DNA from: Candidatus Kaiserbacteria bacterium
GTDB taxonomy: Bacteria; Patescibacteriota; Minisyncoccia; Phycocordibacterales; UBA2100
NCBI GenBank assembly: GCA_963767115.1
Contig: CAVYCR010000007.1
Span: 21,863-85,862 of the forward strand
Length of the DNA: 64,000 nucleotides
Reading direction: 5' to 3'
Position numbers and translations under genes: made by a program. Each line of letters begins with the position of its first letter. The stretch's first letter is position 1. Shown piece by piece: positions 45,548-54,452 of this stretch. The notes under the pieces are model-generated. The model saw nothing but the letters and a program-made list of their open reading frames with translations. It was not told the origin of the DNA and ran no database searches.

Positions 45548-45955
45548 ATGAAAGCAAAGACCGCAGCAGCCGTCCACAAATTCACCGACATTCCCAACAT
45601 CGGTCCGGCGATGGCGGAGGATTTTAAATTGCTCGGACTCAAATCCCCTACGGATTTGAAAAATAAAGATCCCCTCACGCTTTACAAGAAGATCTGCAAG
45701 AAGACCGGCCATCGTCATGACCCCTGCGTCCTCGACACCTTTATGGCGGCAGTCGACTTTATGAACGGCGCGCCTGCTCGGCCATGGTGGGATTACACCG
45801 CTATGCGTTCGGGAAGCTCGGACTCAAACATGAGGAGGAGCCTGAAGGCTGGCAAGGGATATGGAATAAGGACAATCACTGGAAGATCGTCGATCGCTGG
45901 AACGCACATGGCGGCAATACGCAGATCTGGCGCGGAGGAGTATTGGTATGGGTGA
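45548..45955 (+). CDS. Helix-hairpin-helix protein, Cdd1-like; the 3' end is doubtful
   Basis: FTDIPNIGPAMAEDFKLLGLKSPTDLKNKDPLTLYKKICKKTGHRHDPCVLDTFMAAVDFMNGAPARPWWDYTA fits the HhH ...D.CVL..F..AV.F......WW.Y family. The last ~50 codons (RSGSSDSNMRRSLKAG...) look like out-of-frame sequence overlapping the next ORF. Confidence 0.6.
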   Translation: MKAKTAAAVHKFTDIPNIGPAMAEDFKLLGLKSPTDLKNKDPLTLYKKICKKTGHRHDPCVLDTFMAAVDFMNGAPARPWWDYTAMRSGSSDSNMRRSLKAGKGYGIRTITGRSSIAGTHMAAIRRSGAEEYWYG

Positions 45956-46245
45956 TGCGATACAAGGGCATGTATCCGGTGGAAGTGATCCCAACACTTA
46001 AGGCAGCGCTTGCTGATCGCTATGGCGCCAATGATTTCTGTGGCGGCAGGGGACCGCATAAGTTCCGATTGCCGGGCGAATCGGTCTGGTATGAAAATGC
46101 GTGGACTGGAGATTTCACAAATTTCCAAGGAACCGAAACCGTTCTGAGGTTCAAGGAATCTGAAGAAGGCGCACTGTCTCCGTCATGGCGTGTAAGAGAA
46201 GAACTAGGCCGGCATGACTATAGCGGCATGATGATGGTCGATTGA
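45784..46245 (+). CDS. DUF5680-like protein (start uncertain; overlaps the previous ORF by 172 nt)
   Basis: HWKIVDRWNAHGGNTQIWRGGVLVWVMRYKGMY...LKAALADRYGANDFCGGRGPHKF...WTGDFTNFQGTETV...DYSGMMM. It resembles, from memory, the Y.D.Y.G...F.G.E.V......W.MNY.G...FLK.AL......RGP......G.F..F.G.E pattern of DUF5680. Confidence 0.4.
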   Translation: MVGLHRYAFGKLGLKHEEEPEGWQGIWNKDNHWKIVDRWNAHGGNTQIWRGGVLVWVMRYKGMYPVEVIPTLKAALADRYGANDFCGGRGPHKFRLPGESVWYENAWTGDFTNFQGTETVLRFKESEEGALSPSWRVREELGRHDYSGMMMVD

Positions 46246-46256
46246 TCTTTGCAAAG

Positions 46257-46295
46257 AGCCGCCCCGGCACTCCGGGGCGGCTTCTGTTTTGGCTT
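46257..46295 (+). terminator. Rho-independent terminator (agccgccccgg cact ccggggcggct followed by tctgttttggctttctt)
   Basis: Perfect 11-bp GC-rich stem with a 4-nt loop and a T-rich tail, 12 nt after stop codon 46245. Confidence 0.75.
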
Positions 46296-46304
46296 TCTTC
46301 GTAC

Positions 46305-46332
46305 TTGCAATCAGTCCATAAATCCGTATACT
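46305..46332 (+). promoter_or_regulatory. Promoter of rplY: TTGCAA, 16-nt spacer, TATACT, then 7 nt to the ATG (leaderless)
   Basis: -35 at 46305-46310 and -10 at 46327-46332, with ATG at 46340. No SD sequence (the intervening bases are gcggcgc). Confidence 0.6.
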
Positions 46333-46339
46333 GCGGCGC

Positions 46340-46975
46340 ATGTTAGCCCTTGAAGTAAAAGCTCGCGACGACAAGTCGTCGTCAGAAACCCTTCGCACGG
46401 AAGGCATTATCCCTGCGGTCCTCTACGGCCCGAAGGAGGGTTCCGCTTCTATATCGATCGATGGACGAGAGCTCGAGAGCATCTGGCGCGAGGCGGGGGA
46501 GACGACCGTTATTACCCTCAAAGGTGTTGGCGGCGACAAAGACACCTTGATCCGCGATATCCAGATGCATCCGGTCACCGGCAAGATTTTGCATGCGGAT
46601 TTCTACGTCCTCGAGAAGGGCAAGAAGATCGAGATCTCGGTCCCGATTGAATTCGTCGGCGAAGCGCCTGCCGAGAAGCTTGGCCATATCATCGTGAAGG
46701 CGTTGCATGAGGTGGAGATAGAAGTCGCTCCTGCGGAGTTGCCGCATCATCTCGAAGTCGATCTCGCCCATCTCGAGAACGTTGGCGATCACATCACCGC
46801 TGCCGACATCAAACTCCCGCCGAGCGCCACTTTGAAGACTTCACCCGAAGAAATCATTGCTTCAGTCACTGCATTTGAAGAATACAAGGAAGAAGCGATC
46901 CCGACTGAGGCTGCGCCTGCTACCGAGGTCTCTACAGAGCCCGAGGCTGGTGCTGAAGACAAGAAAGCTGAATAG
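46340..46975 (+). CDS. rplY: 50S ribosomal protein L25 / general stress protein Ctc
   Basis: LEVKARDDKSSSETLRTEGIIPAVLYGPKEGSASISIDGRELESIWREAGETTVITLKGVGGDKDTLIRDIQMHPVTGKILHADF is a canonical long-form L25/Ctc sequence with an acidic tail. Confidence 0.9.
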   Translation: MLALEVKARDDKSSSETLRTEGIIPAVLYGPKEGSASISIDGRELESIWREAGETTVITLKGVGGDKDTLIRDIQMHPVTGKILHADFYVLEKGKKIEISVPIEFVGEAPAEKLGHIIVKALHEVEIEVAPAELPHHLEVDLAHLENVGDHITAADIKLPPSATLKTSPEEIIASVTAFEEYKEEAIPTEAAPATEVSTEPEAGAEDKKAE

Positions 46976-47054
46976 CCGAGTACGCTGTTTATCGCTTTAC
47001 AGCGAATTGAAGATACGCCATAGTGCCTCCAAGATAACTGCCTAGGAGGCATTC

Positions 47055-47564
47055 ATGTTGAAGCGAGTCGCAATCGTCTCGGTGCTTCTGTCGGCCCTAA
47101 TCGGCACTCACGCAAGTGCGTGCGACAAAGAGCCGATCGTGGAGTTTGTCAACGAGCCATACAAGGCTGGGAGCGACATGCAGATGGTCGCAATCGTGGT
47201 CGACGGCAAGAAATGGACTCACCGATACATCGAAAACAGGGCCAAGAGCGCCTTTGGTCCCAAAATACTGCCGGACTGTCGCGTACTCGTCATAGGTCGC
47301 AAAGGCCTGTCTTTCTTTATCGTCATAGAGGATGAGGAGTGGCAGAATTTCGTTTACAACAGCACCTTCTTTAAGGTCAGCAAGGATGGGAAAAAGGTCT
47401 TGCAGGCCGACTATGAGGACCCACCGACCATTATCGTGAACGACGTCGTTCAGGCCAACAGCGACGGAACGCTCAAAAACGTCTATTTTGATGATACGGG
47501 AAACGTCATCACGAAATGGCTCGTGGATGGCAAGGAAGTCACCATGGTCAACGGAAAGCAGTAG
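47055..47564 (+). CDS. Hypothetical secreted protein (signal peptide; possible lipoprotein cysteine)
   Basis: MLKRVAIVSVLLSALIGTHASAC... is preceded by a clear SD sequence (aggagg 47044-47049, 5 nt from the ATG). No recognisable family. Confidence 0.6.
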   Translation: MLKRVAIVSVLLSALIGTHASACDKEPIVEFVNEPYKAGSDMQMVAIVVDGKKWTHRYIENRAKSAFGPKILPDCRVLVIGRKGLSFFIVIEDEEWQNFVYNSTFFKVSKDGKKVLQADYEDPPTIIVNDVVQANSDGTLKNVYFDDTGNVITKWLVDGKEVTMVNGKQ

Positions 47565-47579
47565 TAAAAGCAGCAATTC

Positions 47580-47609
47580 GCCTCGGAGAAATCCGAGGCT
47601 CTTATTTTT
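47580..47609 (+). terminator. Rho-independent terminator (gcctcgga gaaa tccgaggc followed by tcttattttt)
   Basis: 8-bp stem with a GAAA loop and a T-tract, 16 nt after stop codon 47564. Confidence 0.7.
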
Positions 47610-47674
47610 AATACGTAAAACTAACATCAGATGTATCAGTAGTTAGTTCCCTGATATACTTACCAGATACAGGT

Positions 47675-48988
47675 ATGCGTCTTTTCGGTGCCAGATCTTT
47701 TGTTTTTTTATTTCTCGCGTGCGCCTGCATTATCGCGGCGTATTCGTTTGATATATCTCACGCATCTGCCGACGTGACGGCTGATCAGCGCGCACAGCTC
47801 CAAGCAGAGCTCGCGCAAGTGCAAGCGCAGATTGTACAAAACCAATCCAAGCTCGCTGGCGAGAAACAACAAGAAGCAACGCTCGATGGCGCGGTACAGG
47901 ACCTCGATTCGCAGATCACCGAGTATCAGCTCGAGATCAAGCAGCGCAACCTCACCATTCAAGCACTTCTGGATGGCATTGGCGAGGACAATGCCGGCAT
48001 TAGTACGCTCAATACCAACGTTGCAGCCGGCCAGGCGTCGCTCGGACAGATCCTGCGCGATACGCAGCAGCTCGACGACGAATCGCTTGCCGAGCTCGCG
48101 CTCGGCGGTTCATCGCTCAACGACCTCTTCTCCGACATCGACGATTTTCAGCTGATCAAGCAGGGACTGAGCGATTCGTTTACGGCTATGAACGCGCAGA
48201 AGACTTCGCTCGCGCAGAGCGAGGCGCAGCTCCAAGACCAGCAGCAACAACAAGATCAGCTGCTTAGTCTCCAGAAGCAACAGCAGCAGGCATTGCAGTC
48301 GACCGAGAACCAGAAGCAGCAATTATTGACCGAGACGAAGGGCCAAGAGTCGGCCTATCAGCAAGCGATCAGCGACCAGCAGAAGAGCGTCTCGCAGATA
48401 GAAGCTGCGCTTTTCTCGCTTGCCAATTCATCGCAATCCGAATCTTTCGGTAGCATGTATGACTACGCCAAAGAGGCGAGTGCGGCAAGTGGCGTCGAAC
48501 CGGCCTTTATCCTCGCGATCCTCACCGAAGAGAGTAATCTCGGCCAAAACGTCGGCAACTGCACCTATGAGACGGCGATGGCCCCCAACCGTGACATTCC
48601 TGATTATCTGACGATTATGTCACAGCTTGGCTTGAGTCCGGATTCTGAGAAGGTCTCTTGTGCGCAAAGTTATGGCGCTTACGGCGGTGCGATGGGACCT
48701 GCACAGTTCATCCCGTCGACGTGGGTCTTGTATCAATCACGTATTGCCTCTGCAAGCGGCCAAAACCCGCCCAACCCTTGGGATCCGCGTACTGCGACCT
48801 TCGCGACTGCGCTTTATATGAGCGACCTTGGTGCAGGCGGAGGCACAGCTCCCGCAGAGCGCGAGGCTGCCTTGAAGTATCTCGCCGGCAGCCACTGGCA
48901 AAACCCCGCATATGCCTTCTACGGCGAAGCAGTCATGAATTACACGGTGCAATACCAATCGCAGATCAATGAGATCAACGGGTCGTAG
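47675..48988 (+). CDS. Lytic murein transglycosylase (MltB/SLT_2-like domain) with N-terminal anchor and Q-rich coiled coil
   Basis: N-terminal hydrophobic segment FVFLFLACACIIAAY. A long heptad-like Q/L/E region (QAELAQVQAQIVQNQSKLAGEKQQ...) follows. The C-terminal domain has PAFILAILTEESNLGQ (catalytic E-S) and YGGAMGPAQFIPSTW, the MltB-type signature. Confidence 0.8.
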   Translation: MRLFGARSFVFLFLACACIIAAYSFDISHASADVTADQRAQLQAELAQVQAQIVQNQSKLAGEKQQEATLDGAVQDLDSQITEYQLEIKQRNLTIQALLDGIGEDNAGISTLNTNVAAGQASLGQILRDTQQLDDESLAELALGGSSLNDLFSDIDDFQLIKQGLSDSFTAMNAQKTSLAQSEAQLQDQQQQQDQLLSLQKQQQQALQSTENQKQQLLTETKGQESAYQQAISDQQKSVSQIEAALFSLANSSQSESFGSMYDYAKEASAASGVEPAFILAILTEESNLGQNVGNCTYETAMAPNRDIPDYLTIMSQLGLSPDSEKVSCAQSYGAYGGAMGPAQFIPSTWVLYQSRIASASGQNPPNPWDPRTATFATALYMSDLGAGGGTAPAEREAALKYLAGSHWQNPAYAFYGEAVMNYTVQYQSQINEINGS

Positions 48989-48990
48989 TA

Positions 48991-49116
48991 GGTGCGAACT
49001 GGCCGGACAGGTTTTTGGGGTCTTTGCAGCGCGGCGGCGCGAAACAGAGGGCCAAATTATTTACTTGGCTAGCAAGAAAATCCCGACCCCAAAAAACCGT
49101 CCGGCCAGTTCGCACC
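48991..49116. repeat. Long inverted repeat IR1: 32-nt arms (48991-49022 / 49085-49116) around a 62-nt spacer
   Basis: The arm ggtgcgaactggccggacaggtttttggggtc compares with the reverse complement of gaccccaaaaaaccgtccggccagttcgcacc, with two mismatches near the centre of the arm. It starts 3 nt after the transglycosylase stop codon. Confidence 0.8.
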
Positions 49117-49131
49117 GATGCCTGACCCTCC

Positions 49132-49160
49132 TTGCAATTGAGAGCATTTTTTCGTATAGT
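49132..49160 (+). promoter_or_regulatory. Promoter of rpmE: TTGCAA, 17-nt spacer, TATAGT, then 7 nt to the ATG (leaderless)
   Basis: -35 at 49132-49137 and -10 at 49155-49160, with ATG at 49168. No SD sequence. Confidence 0.65.
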
Positions 49161-49167
49161 GCGGCCA

Positions 49168-49431
49168 ATGAAAAAGGATATGCATCCGGAAGACTATCGC
49201 AAGGTGATATTCGACGACACGACGTCGGGGAAGCGTTTTCTGATTGGTTCGACCATTGAGACCTCGAAGACCGACAAGTGGGACGACGGCAAGGAATACC
49301 CGGTTTTCCAGGTCGAAATCTCGAGTGCATCGCATCCCTTTTATACCGGACAGTCGAAGAACATCGACACTGCCGGCCGCGTCGAGAAGTTCAAGACGCG
49401 CGCTGCGGCGAAGAAAACTGCCACGAAGTAG
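49168..49431 (+). CDS. rpmE: 50S ribosomal protein L31 (type B, no CxxC zinc motif)
   Basis: [78 protein letters not shown] is a canonical L31 sequence. I chose ATG 49168 rather than the TTG at 49132. Confidence 0.9.
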   Translation: MKKDMHPEDYRKVIFDDTTSGKRFLIGSTIETSKTDKWDDGKEYPVFQVEISSASHPFYTGQSKNIDTAGRVEKFKTRAAAKKTATK

Positions 49432-49437
49432 TGTGAA

Positions 49438-49523
49438 GCGACCGGAGCGCGCATTTTTTGCCGACTCCGCAACTCGCTCCGCTCAGACATTGCTCGACGG
49501 CAAAAAATGCGCGCTCCGGTCGC
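49438..49523. repeat. Long inverted repeat IR2: perfect 26-nt arms (49438-49463 / 49498-49523) around a 34-nt spacer
   Basis: gcgaccggagcgcgcattttttgccg ... cggcaaaaaatgcgcgctccggtcgc are exact reverse complements. The repeat starts 7 nt after the rpmE stop codon. Confidence 0.85.
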
Positions 49524-49553
49524 CCCCGCGTCCCGTTCGCGTATACTTACGAT

Positions 49554-50600
<1,047 letters not shown>

Positions 50601-50601
50601 T

Positions 50602-51302
50602 ATGACAGATACAACGATTGAACCTTTTCGAAGCCGGCGCGCATTTCGGCTATGCCCGCGCGCGCCGCCACCCGACCGCCGCTCCGTTACCTCTTCGGCA
50701 CCAAGGACCGCACCGATATTTTCGACCTCGAAGAGACCACGAAGCGCCTCGACGCGGCAGCCGCTTTCGCATCATCGGTCGCCTCGAGCCGGCAAGCAAC
50801 TCCTCTTCGTCGGCGGCAAGCACGAGGCGATCGCCCTCGTGAAGCGCTGCCGAGCGCGTCGGCCAGCCGTATGTCGCTGGTCGCTGGATCGGCGGTACGC
50901 TCACCAATTTCAAGAACATCCGCAAGCGCATCGACCTCCTCGAGAAGCTCATGGGCGAGCGCGAGCGCGGCGAGCTCGAGAAATACACCAAGAAAGAGCG
51001 CCTCCTGATCGACCGCCAGATCGATGAGCTGCTCGCCCGCTTCGGCGGTCTCGTCACGATGACACGAACTGCCTGCCGCGCTGTTCGTCGTCGATTCGCG
51101 TCACGAAGACACTGCGGTAAAGGAGGCCAATCAGCTCGGCATCCCGGTCATCGGCCTCTCAAGCTCTGACTGTGATTTCTCGCTTGTCCAGTACCCGATC
51201 CCGGCAAACGACACATCAGTGCGCTCGATCAGCCTCGTGAGTAATGCAATTGCCGAGGCGTACCAGAGTGGTAAGACGACTGCCAAGCCTTCATCCAAAT
51301 AG
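50602..51302 (+). pseudogene. rpsB: 30S ribosomal protein S2, interrupted by five single-base insertions
   Basis: S2 homology steps through the frames 1->2->0->1->2->0:
- MTDTTI, then extra g at 50620
- NLFEAGAHFGYARARRHPTAAP, then extra t at 50687
- YLFGTKDRTDIFDLEETTKRLDAAAAFASSVASS, then extra c at 50790
- GKQLLFVGGKHEAIALVKR, then extra t at 50848
- AERVGQPYVAGRWIGGTLTNFKNIRKRIDLLEKL...LVTMT, then extra c at 51065
- ELPAALFVVDSRHEDTAVKEANQLGIPVIGLSSSDCDFSLVQYPIPANDTSVRSI... to the stop codon. Confidence 0.85.
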
Positions 51303-51358
51303 CTCTCTCTGGTATACTGACCGGGCATTTATCCGTACGTGTTTCAACCAATTTTGAT

Positions 51359-51940
51359 ATGGCAACTACCGAGGAAATCAAGCAGCTTCGCGACCTTACC
51401 GGCGTCTCCATCATGCAGTGCAAGAAGGCGCTCGAAGAGGCGGGTGGCGATATAGAGAAGGCGAAAGTCATCTTGCGCAAAGCCTCGGCTGCGATCGCCG
51501 TCAAGAAGTCCGACCGCGAGCTCGGCGCCGGCGTCGCCGCAGCGTACACGCATGCGGGCGGCCAAGTAGTGGCGCCGTCGTACTTGGCATGCGAGACCGA
51601 CTTCGTCTCCGGCAACGAGGAATTCGAAAGACTCGCTTATGACATCGCGATGCACGTCGCTGCGATGAAGCCTCTCTTCAAGAGTCGCGACGATGTGAAG
51701 GAGAGCGACATCGCCGCGGCGCGCTCCGTTTTCGAAGAAGAAGCCAAAAACGTGCCAGAGGACAAGCGTGCGATGGCAGTGCAGGGCAAGGTCGACGCGT
51801 ATCTGCGCGAGCGTGTATTGCTTGATCAGGCTTTCGTCAAAGACGCCAGTGTGACCGTCAATGACCTCATCACACAGGCGGTGCAAAAGTTCGGCGAGAA
51901 AGTAGAGCTGGTCCGTTTCGAGCGCTTGTCTGTGCGCTAG
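51359..51940 (+). CDS. tsf: Translation elongation factor Ts (short form, 193 aa)
   Basis: MATTEEIKQLRDLTGVSIMQCKKALEEAGGDIEKAKVILRKASAAIAVKKSDRELGAGVAAAYTHAGGQV...CETDFVSGNEEF. The frame is intact. Confidence 0.9.
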   Translation: MATTEEIKQLRDLTGVSIMQCKKALEEAGGDIEKAKVILRKASAAIAVKKSDRELGAGVAAAYTHAGGQVVAPSYLACETDFVSGNEEFERLAYDIAMHVAAMKPLFKSRDDVKESDIAAARSVFEEEAKNVPEDKRAMAVQGKVDAYLRERVLLDQAFVKDASVTVNDLITQAVQKFGEKVELVRFERLSVR

Positions 51941-51941
51941 T

Positions 51942-52343
51942 ATGGTTCTCTTCTCGATCGTACTTTTCGCAATTTCCCTCGTACTCATTGCGGGTCTCTT
52001 CACGGTGAAGTATTGGGAGTGCGAGCACAATGTCGTACTTGCCGCATCTTGGCGCATACGCTCCGACAGGCAGGCGATTCGTCTCAAGAGGCGAATCTCT
52101 CAGCTTGGTGACGATATCGCCCGGCTCTGGCCGGTCGTGCTGCTTTTTCTGCGATACGTAATCCATGAAGCGGCGCTCGGCTTCGCCTCGTTTGCTCGCA
52201 CTTGCGAGCGCCAAGCGCACAAGATCGCCGATCTCGTCTCGCACCGCCGCACCTTCGTCCCGCGTGAACCTCGATCTGAATTCCTCAAGCAGGTGATCGA
52301 GCACAAGACGGGGAATGGCGAATCGGGCACTTCACACGTATAA
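51942..52343 (+). CDS. Hypothetical small membrane protein
   Basis: The ATG lies 1 nt after the tsf stop codon. N-terminal TM helix MVLFSIVLFAISLVLIAGLFTV. No recognisable family. Confidence 0.5.
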   Translation: MVLFSIVLFAISLVLIAGLFTVKYWECEHNVVLAASWRIRSDRQAIRLKRRISQLGDDIARLWPVVLLFLRYVIHEAALGFASFARTCERQAHKIADLVSHRRTFVPREPRSEFLKQVIEHKTGNGESGTSHV

Positions 52344-52383
52344 TCTCAAGGTTCGCGTTTGACGGGGCCAAATAAGAAAATAA

Positions 52384-52456
52384 GCCGCCTTAGCTCAGTT
52401 GGTAGAGCAACGCTTTTGTAAAGCGAAGGTCCCCAGTTCAAGTCTGGGAGGCGGCT
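52384..52456 (+). tRNA. tRNA-Thr (anticodon UGU)
   Basis: A 73-nt cloverleaf folded by hand:
- acceptor gccgcct / aggcggc
- D arm gctc-agttggta-gagc
- anticodon arm acgct-ttTGTaa-agcga (U33, A37)
- variable loop aggtc
- T arm cccag-ttcaagt-ctggg
- discriminator t
CCA is not encoded. Confidence 0.9.
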
Positions 52457-52479
52457 CAAGCGAAGCTTGAGCCGCCTCC
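52447..52479. terminator. Perfect 15-bp hairpin (ggaggcggctcaagc gaa gcttgagccgcctcc) overlapping the tRNA 3' end
   Basis: Stems at 52447-52461 and 52465-52479. It sits between the tRNA (+) and the stop codon of the convergent minus-strand gene at 52504. No adjacent U-tract on the plus strand. Confidence 0.45.
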
Positions 52480-52503
52480 AAACTAATAGACGGCTCCCGC
52501 TTT

Positions 52504-53221
52504 TTATTTTTTGGAGGTGCTCGTGGCCGCGCTCGACGAAGCTGTCGTCAGTGTCTTGAGCTGTGGCAAGATCTGTTGGATCGCAGAGACGCTCTGATAG
52601 CCGTAGTACGCCTTGCCGTTGATTACGAGTGCCGGGAGGATTGTCTGGCCACGTTGTCGATCGAGATCAGCGTCTGAGCGCGCCGACGTCGAGGTTGTAA
52701 TCAAATGAATACACGCGCAGGTCGGGGTACGTCTCAGAGAGTGAGGTCAGGGCGTCGCCTTGCTCCTCGCACGCTGTCGTGCAGTCACCGGCGTTGGAAT
52801 AGAAGTAGAGGATAAAAACCGGCTTGAGGTTGCACTTCTGAGCGAGCTGCTGCATGAGAAGATAATCCTTGATCTCCAGCAGCGAGTAGAGACCTTTGAG
52901 ACGTGTGATCTCAGATTGGTTCTCGCCCGCACCTTGCGCTTCCATGTATGAGAGCTGATTGCCGAGTGACGTCATTTCGCTCGGGAGGATCGTGTTTTCG
53001 GAGATGTCATTGCAGGAGTGTTCAGAAAGTAAATCAAACTGCGTCTCGATCGACAGAATCTGCGTCGAGACGTCGTCTTCGGTCGCCCGGATATCTTGCA
53101 CGCGCTGATCGTTGAAGTATGTGCTCGCGTAAAATGCCGTAGCGAAGATAAGCGCTGTGATCACAAGGGCGATCGCATAGGTCGTCCATTTCGCGCTGCG
53201 TGAATTGACCGCGGGTTCCAT
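52504..53221 (-). pseudogene. Membrane-anchored thioredoxin-fold protein, split by one extra base (about 52675)
   Basis: Upstream ORF: MEPAVNSRSAKWTTYAIALVITALIFATAFYAS...KPVFILYFYSNAGDCTTACEEQGDALTSLSETYPDLRVYSFDYNLDVGAL. This continues in the next frame as DADLDRQRGQTILPALVINGKAYYGYQSVSAIQQILPQLK, the typical ...v.vPtlvinGk... end of a Trx-like fold. Neither half makes sense alone. Confidence 0.5.
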
Positions 53222-53228
53222 ATGATGA

Positions 53229-54452
53229 TTATCGCCAGCGCACGCCCGTGCGCAAGAGCGCACGTACGAAGGCCGTGCCGAGCCACAGAGGCGCGATCAT
53301 ACTATAGAAGAGCACGAAGAGCGCGGTGCCCACGGGCGGCCTGCGGTGCCCGGTGCCGATGAACGTGCCAACGGAGACGAGCGCGATGACTATCGCCACC
53401 GAGGCGATAATGATAAACCACAGAGCGCTCGTGTCGAGGTAGAAGGCGTCGAAGGACGGTGTATGAAATACGAAGCCGATGATCTCAAGACGCAGCACTT
53501 CATGCCAGAGAGATTCTGCGACTGCGTACCAGAAATGTGCGTAGAAGTAGACGGCGATCCCGATCGAAAGCACTGCCATCGGAAGAATAATGATGCCAAG
53601 GTTGCCGTACTTGCGATTGCCGAACATGTGCGAATAATCCACGCCGTTTCTTAAGAACCCATAAGACCAACGTACGCGCTGCCGGAAGAGTGCTCTGATG
53701 CTGCGTGGTGTCCCGGTATAGACCTTTGCGCCGGGCGCGTTGCCGATGAGATACCCATGGCTCTGAAGCCGCATTGCCATCTCGAGGTCTTCGGTCGAAT
53801 ATCCGTGCCGCCAGCCGCCCAAGCTCTGCACGACCGCGGTGCGGAAGAAAGAAAACGGGCCGGGCGTGATGTACATCGAGCCCATCGACGCCAAGGTAAA
53901 ACGGACAAACAGTCCGAGGCGATACTCAGCTTCCTGCATGTGCTGCAGGAGATTCACCGGCTTCTTGATATGGATCGCCGGTGTGACGGCGCCTACTTTC
54001 TCGTTTTGAAACGCCCGTACGATATGTCGCAGCGCGCCCGGTGCCACGACGGAGTCAGCGTCAAGGCATCCGATAAGTTCTGCCGAAGTGTGAGTGAGCG
54101 CGAGGTTCATCGCGCTGTGTTTGCCGCCGTTTTCCTTGTGAAAAACTCTAACCTGTGCAAATCGTTCAAAGGTGCGGGCGACCGCTAGTGTATCGTCACG
54201 CGAACCGTCATCGACGACGATGATCTCGAACTTATCCTTCGGATATTCGAGTGCGAGGAGCGACTCGATCGTGCCACCGAGCGTCTTTTCTTCGTTCCAA
54301 CAGGGGACGATGATGGCGACTGTCGGCTCGTACGGCGTCGCAGGAGTCTTCAGGGCTGCACGGCGACGGTTTTCGATGAAAGATACCAGCAAAAAGACCT
54401 CGAAATACAGCGAAATAAAGAGGAATATATACATCACGATCATGTCGGACAT
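53229..54452 (-). CDS. Family 2 glycosyltransferase, processive polysaccharide-synthase type (PgaC/IcaA/chitin-synthase-like)
   Basis: TVAIIVPCWNEEKTLGGTIESLLALEYPKDKFEIIVVDDGSRDDT...GGKHSAMNLAL...LDADSVV...FRQRVRWSYG (Q-x-x-R-W motif). TM helices are present at both ends. Confidence 0.85.
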   Translation of the reverse strand: MSDMIVMYIFLFISLYFEVFLLVSFIENRRRAALKTPATPYEPTVAIIVPCWNEEKTLGGTIESLLALEYPKDKFEIIVVDDGSRDDTLAVARTFERFAQVRVFHKENGGKHSAMNLALTHTSAELIGCLDADSVVAPGALRHIVRAFQNEKVGAVTPAIHIKKPVNLLQHMQEAEYRLGLFVRFTLASMGSMYITPGPFSFFRTAVVQSLGGWRHGYSTEDLEMAMRLQSHGYLIGNAPGAKVYTGTPRSIRALFRQRVRWSYGFLRNGVDYSHMFGNRKYGNLGIIILPMAVLSIGIAVYFYAHFWYAVAESLWHEVLRLEIIGFVFHTPSFDAFYLDTSALWFIIIASVAIVIALVSVGTFIGTGHRRPPVGTALFVLFYSMIAPLWLGTAFVRALLRTGVRWR

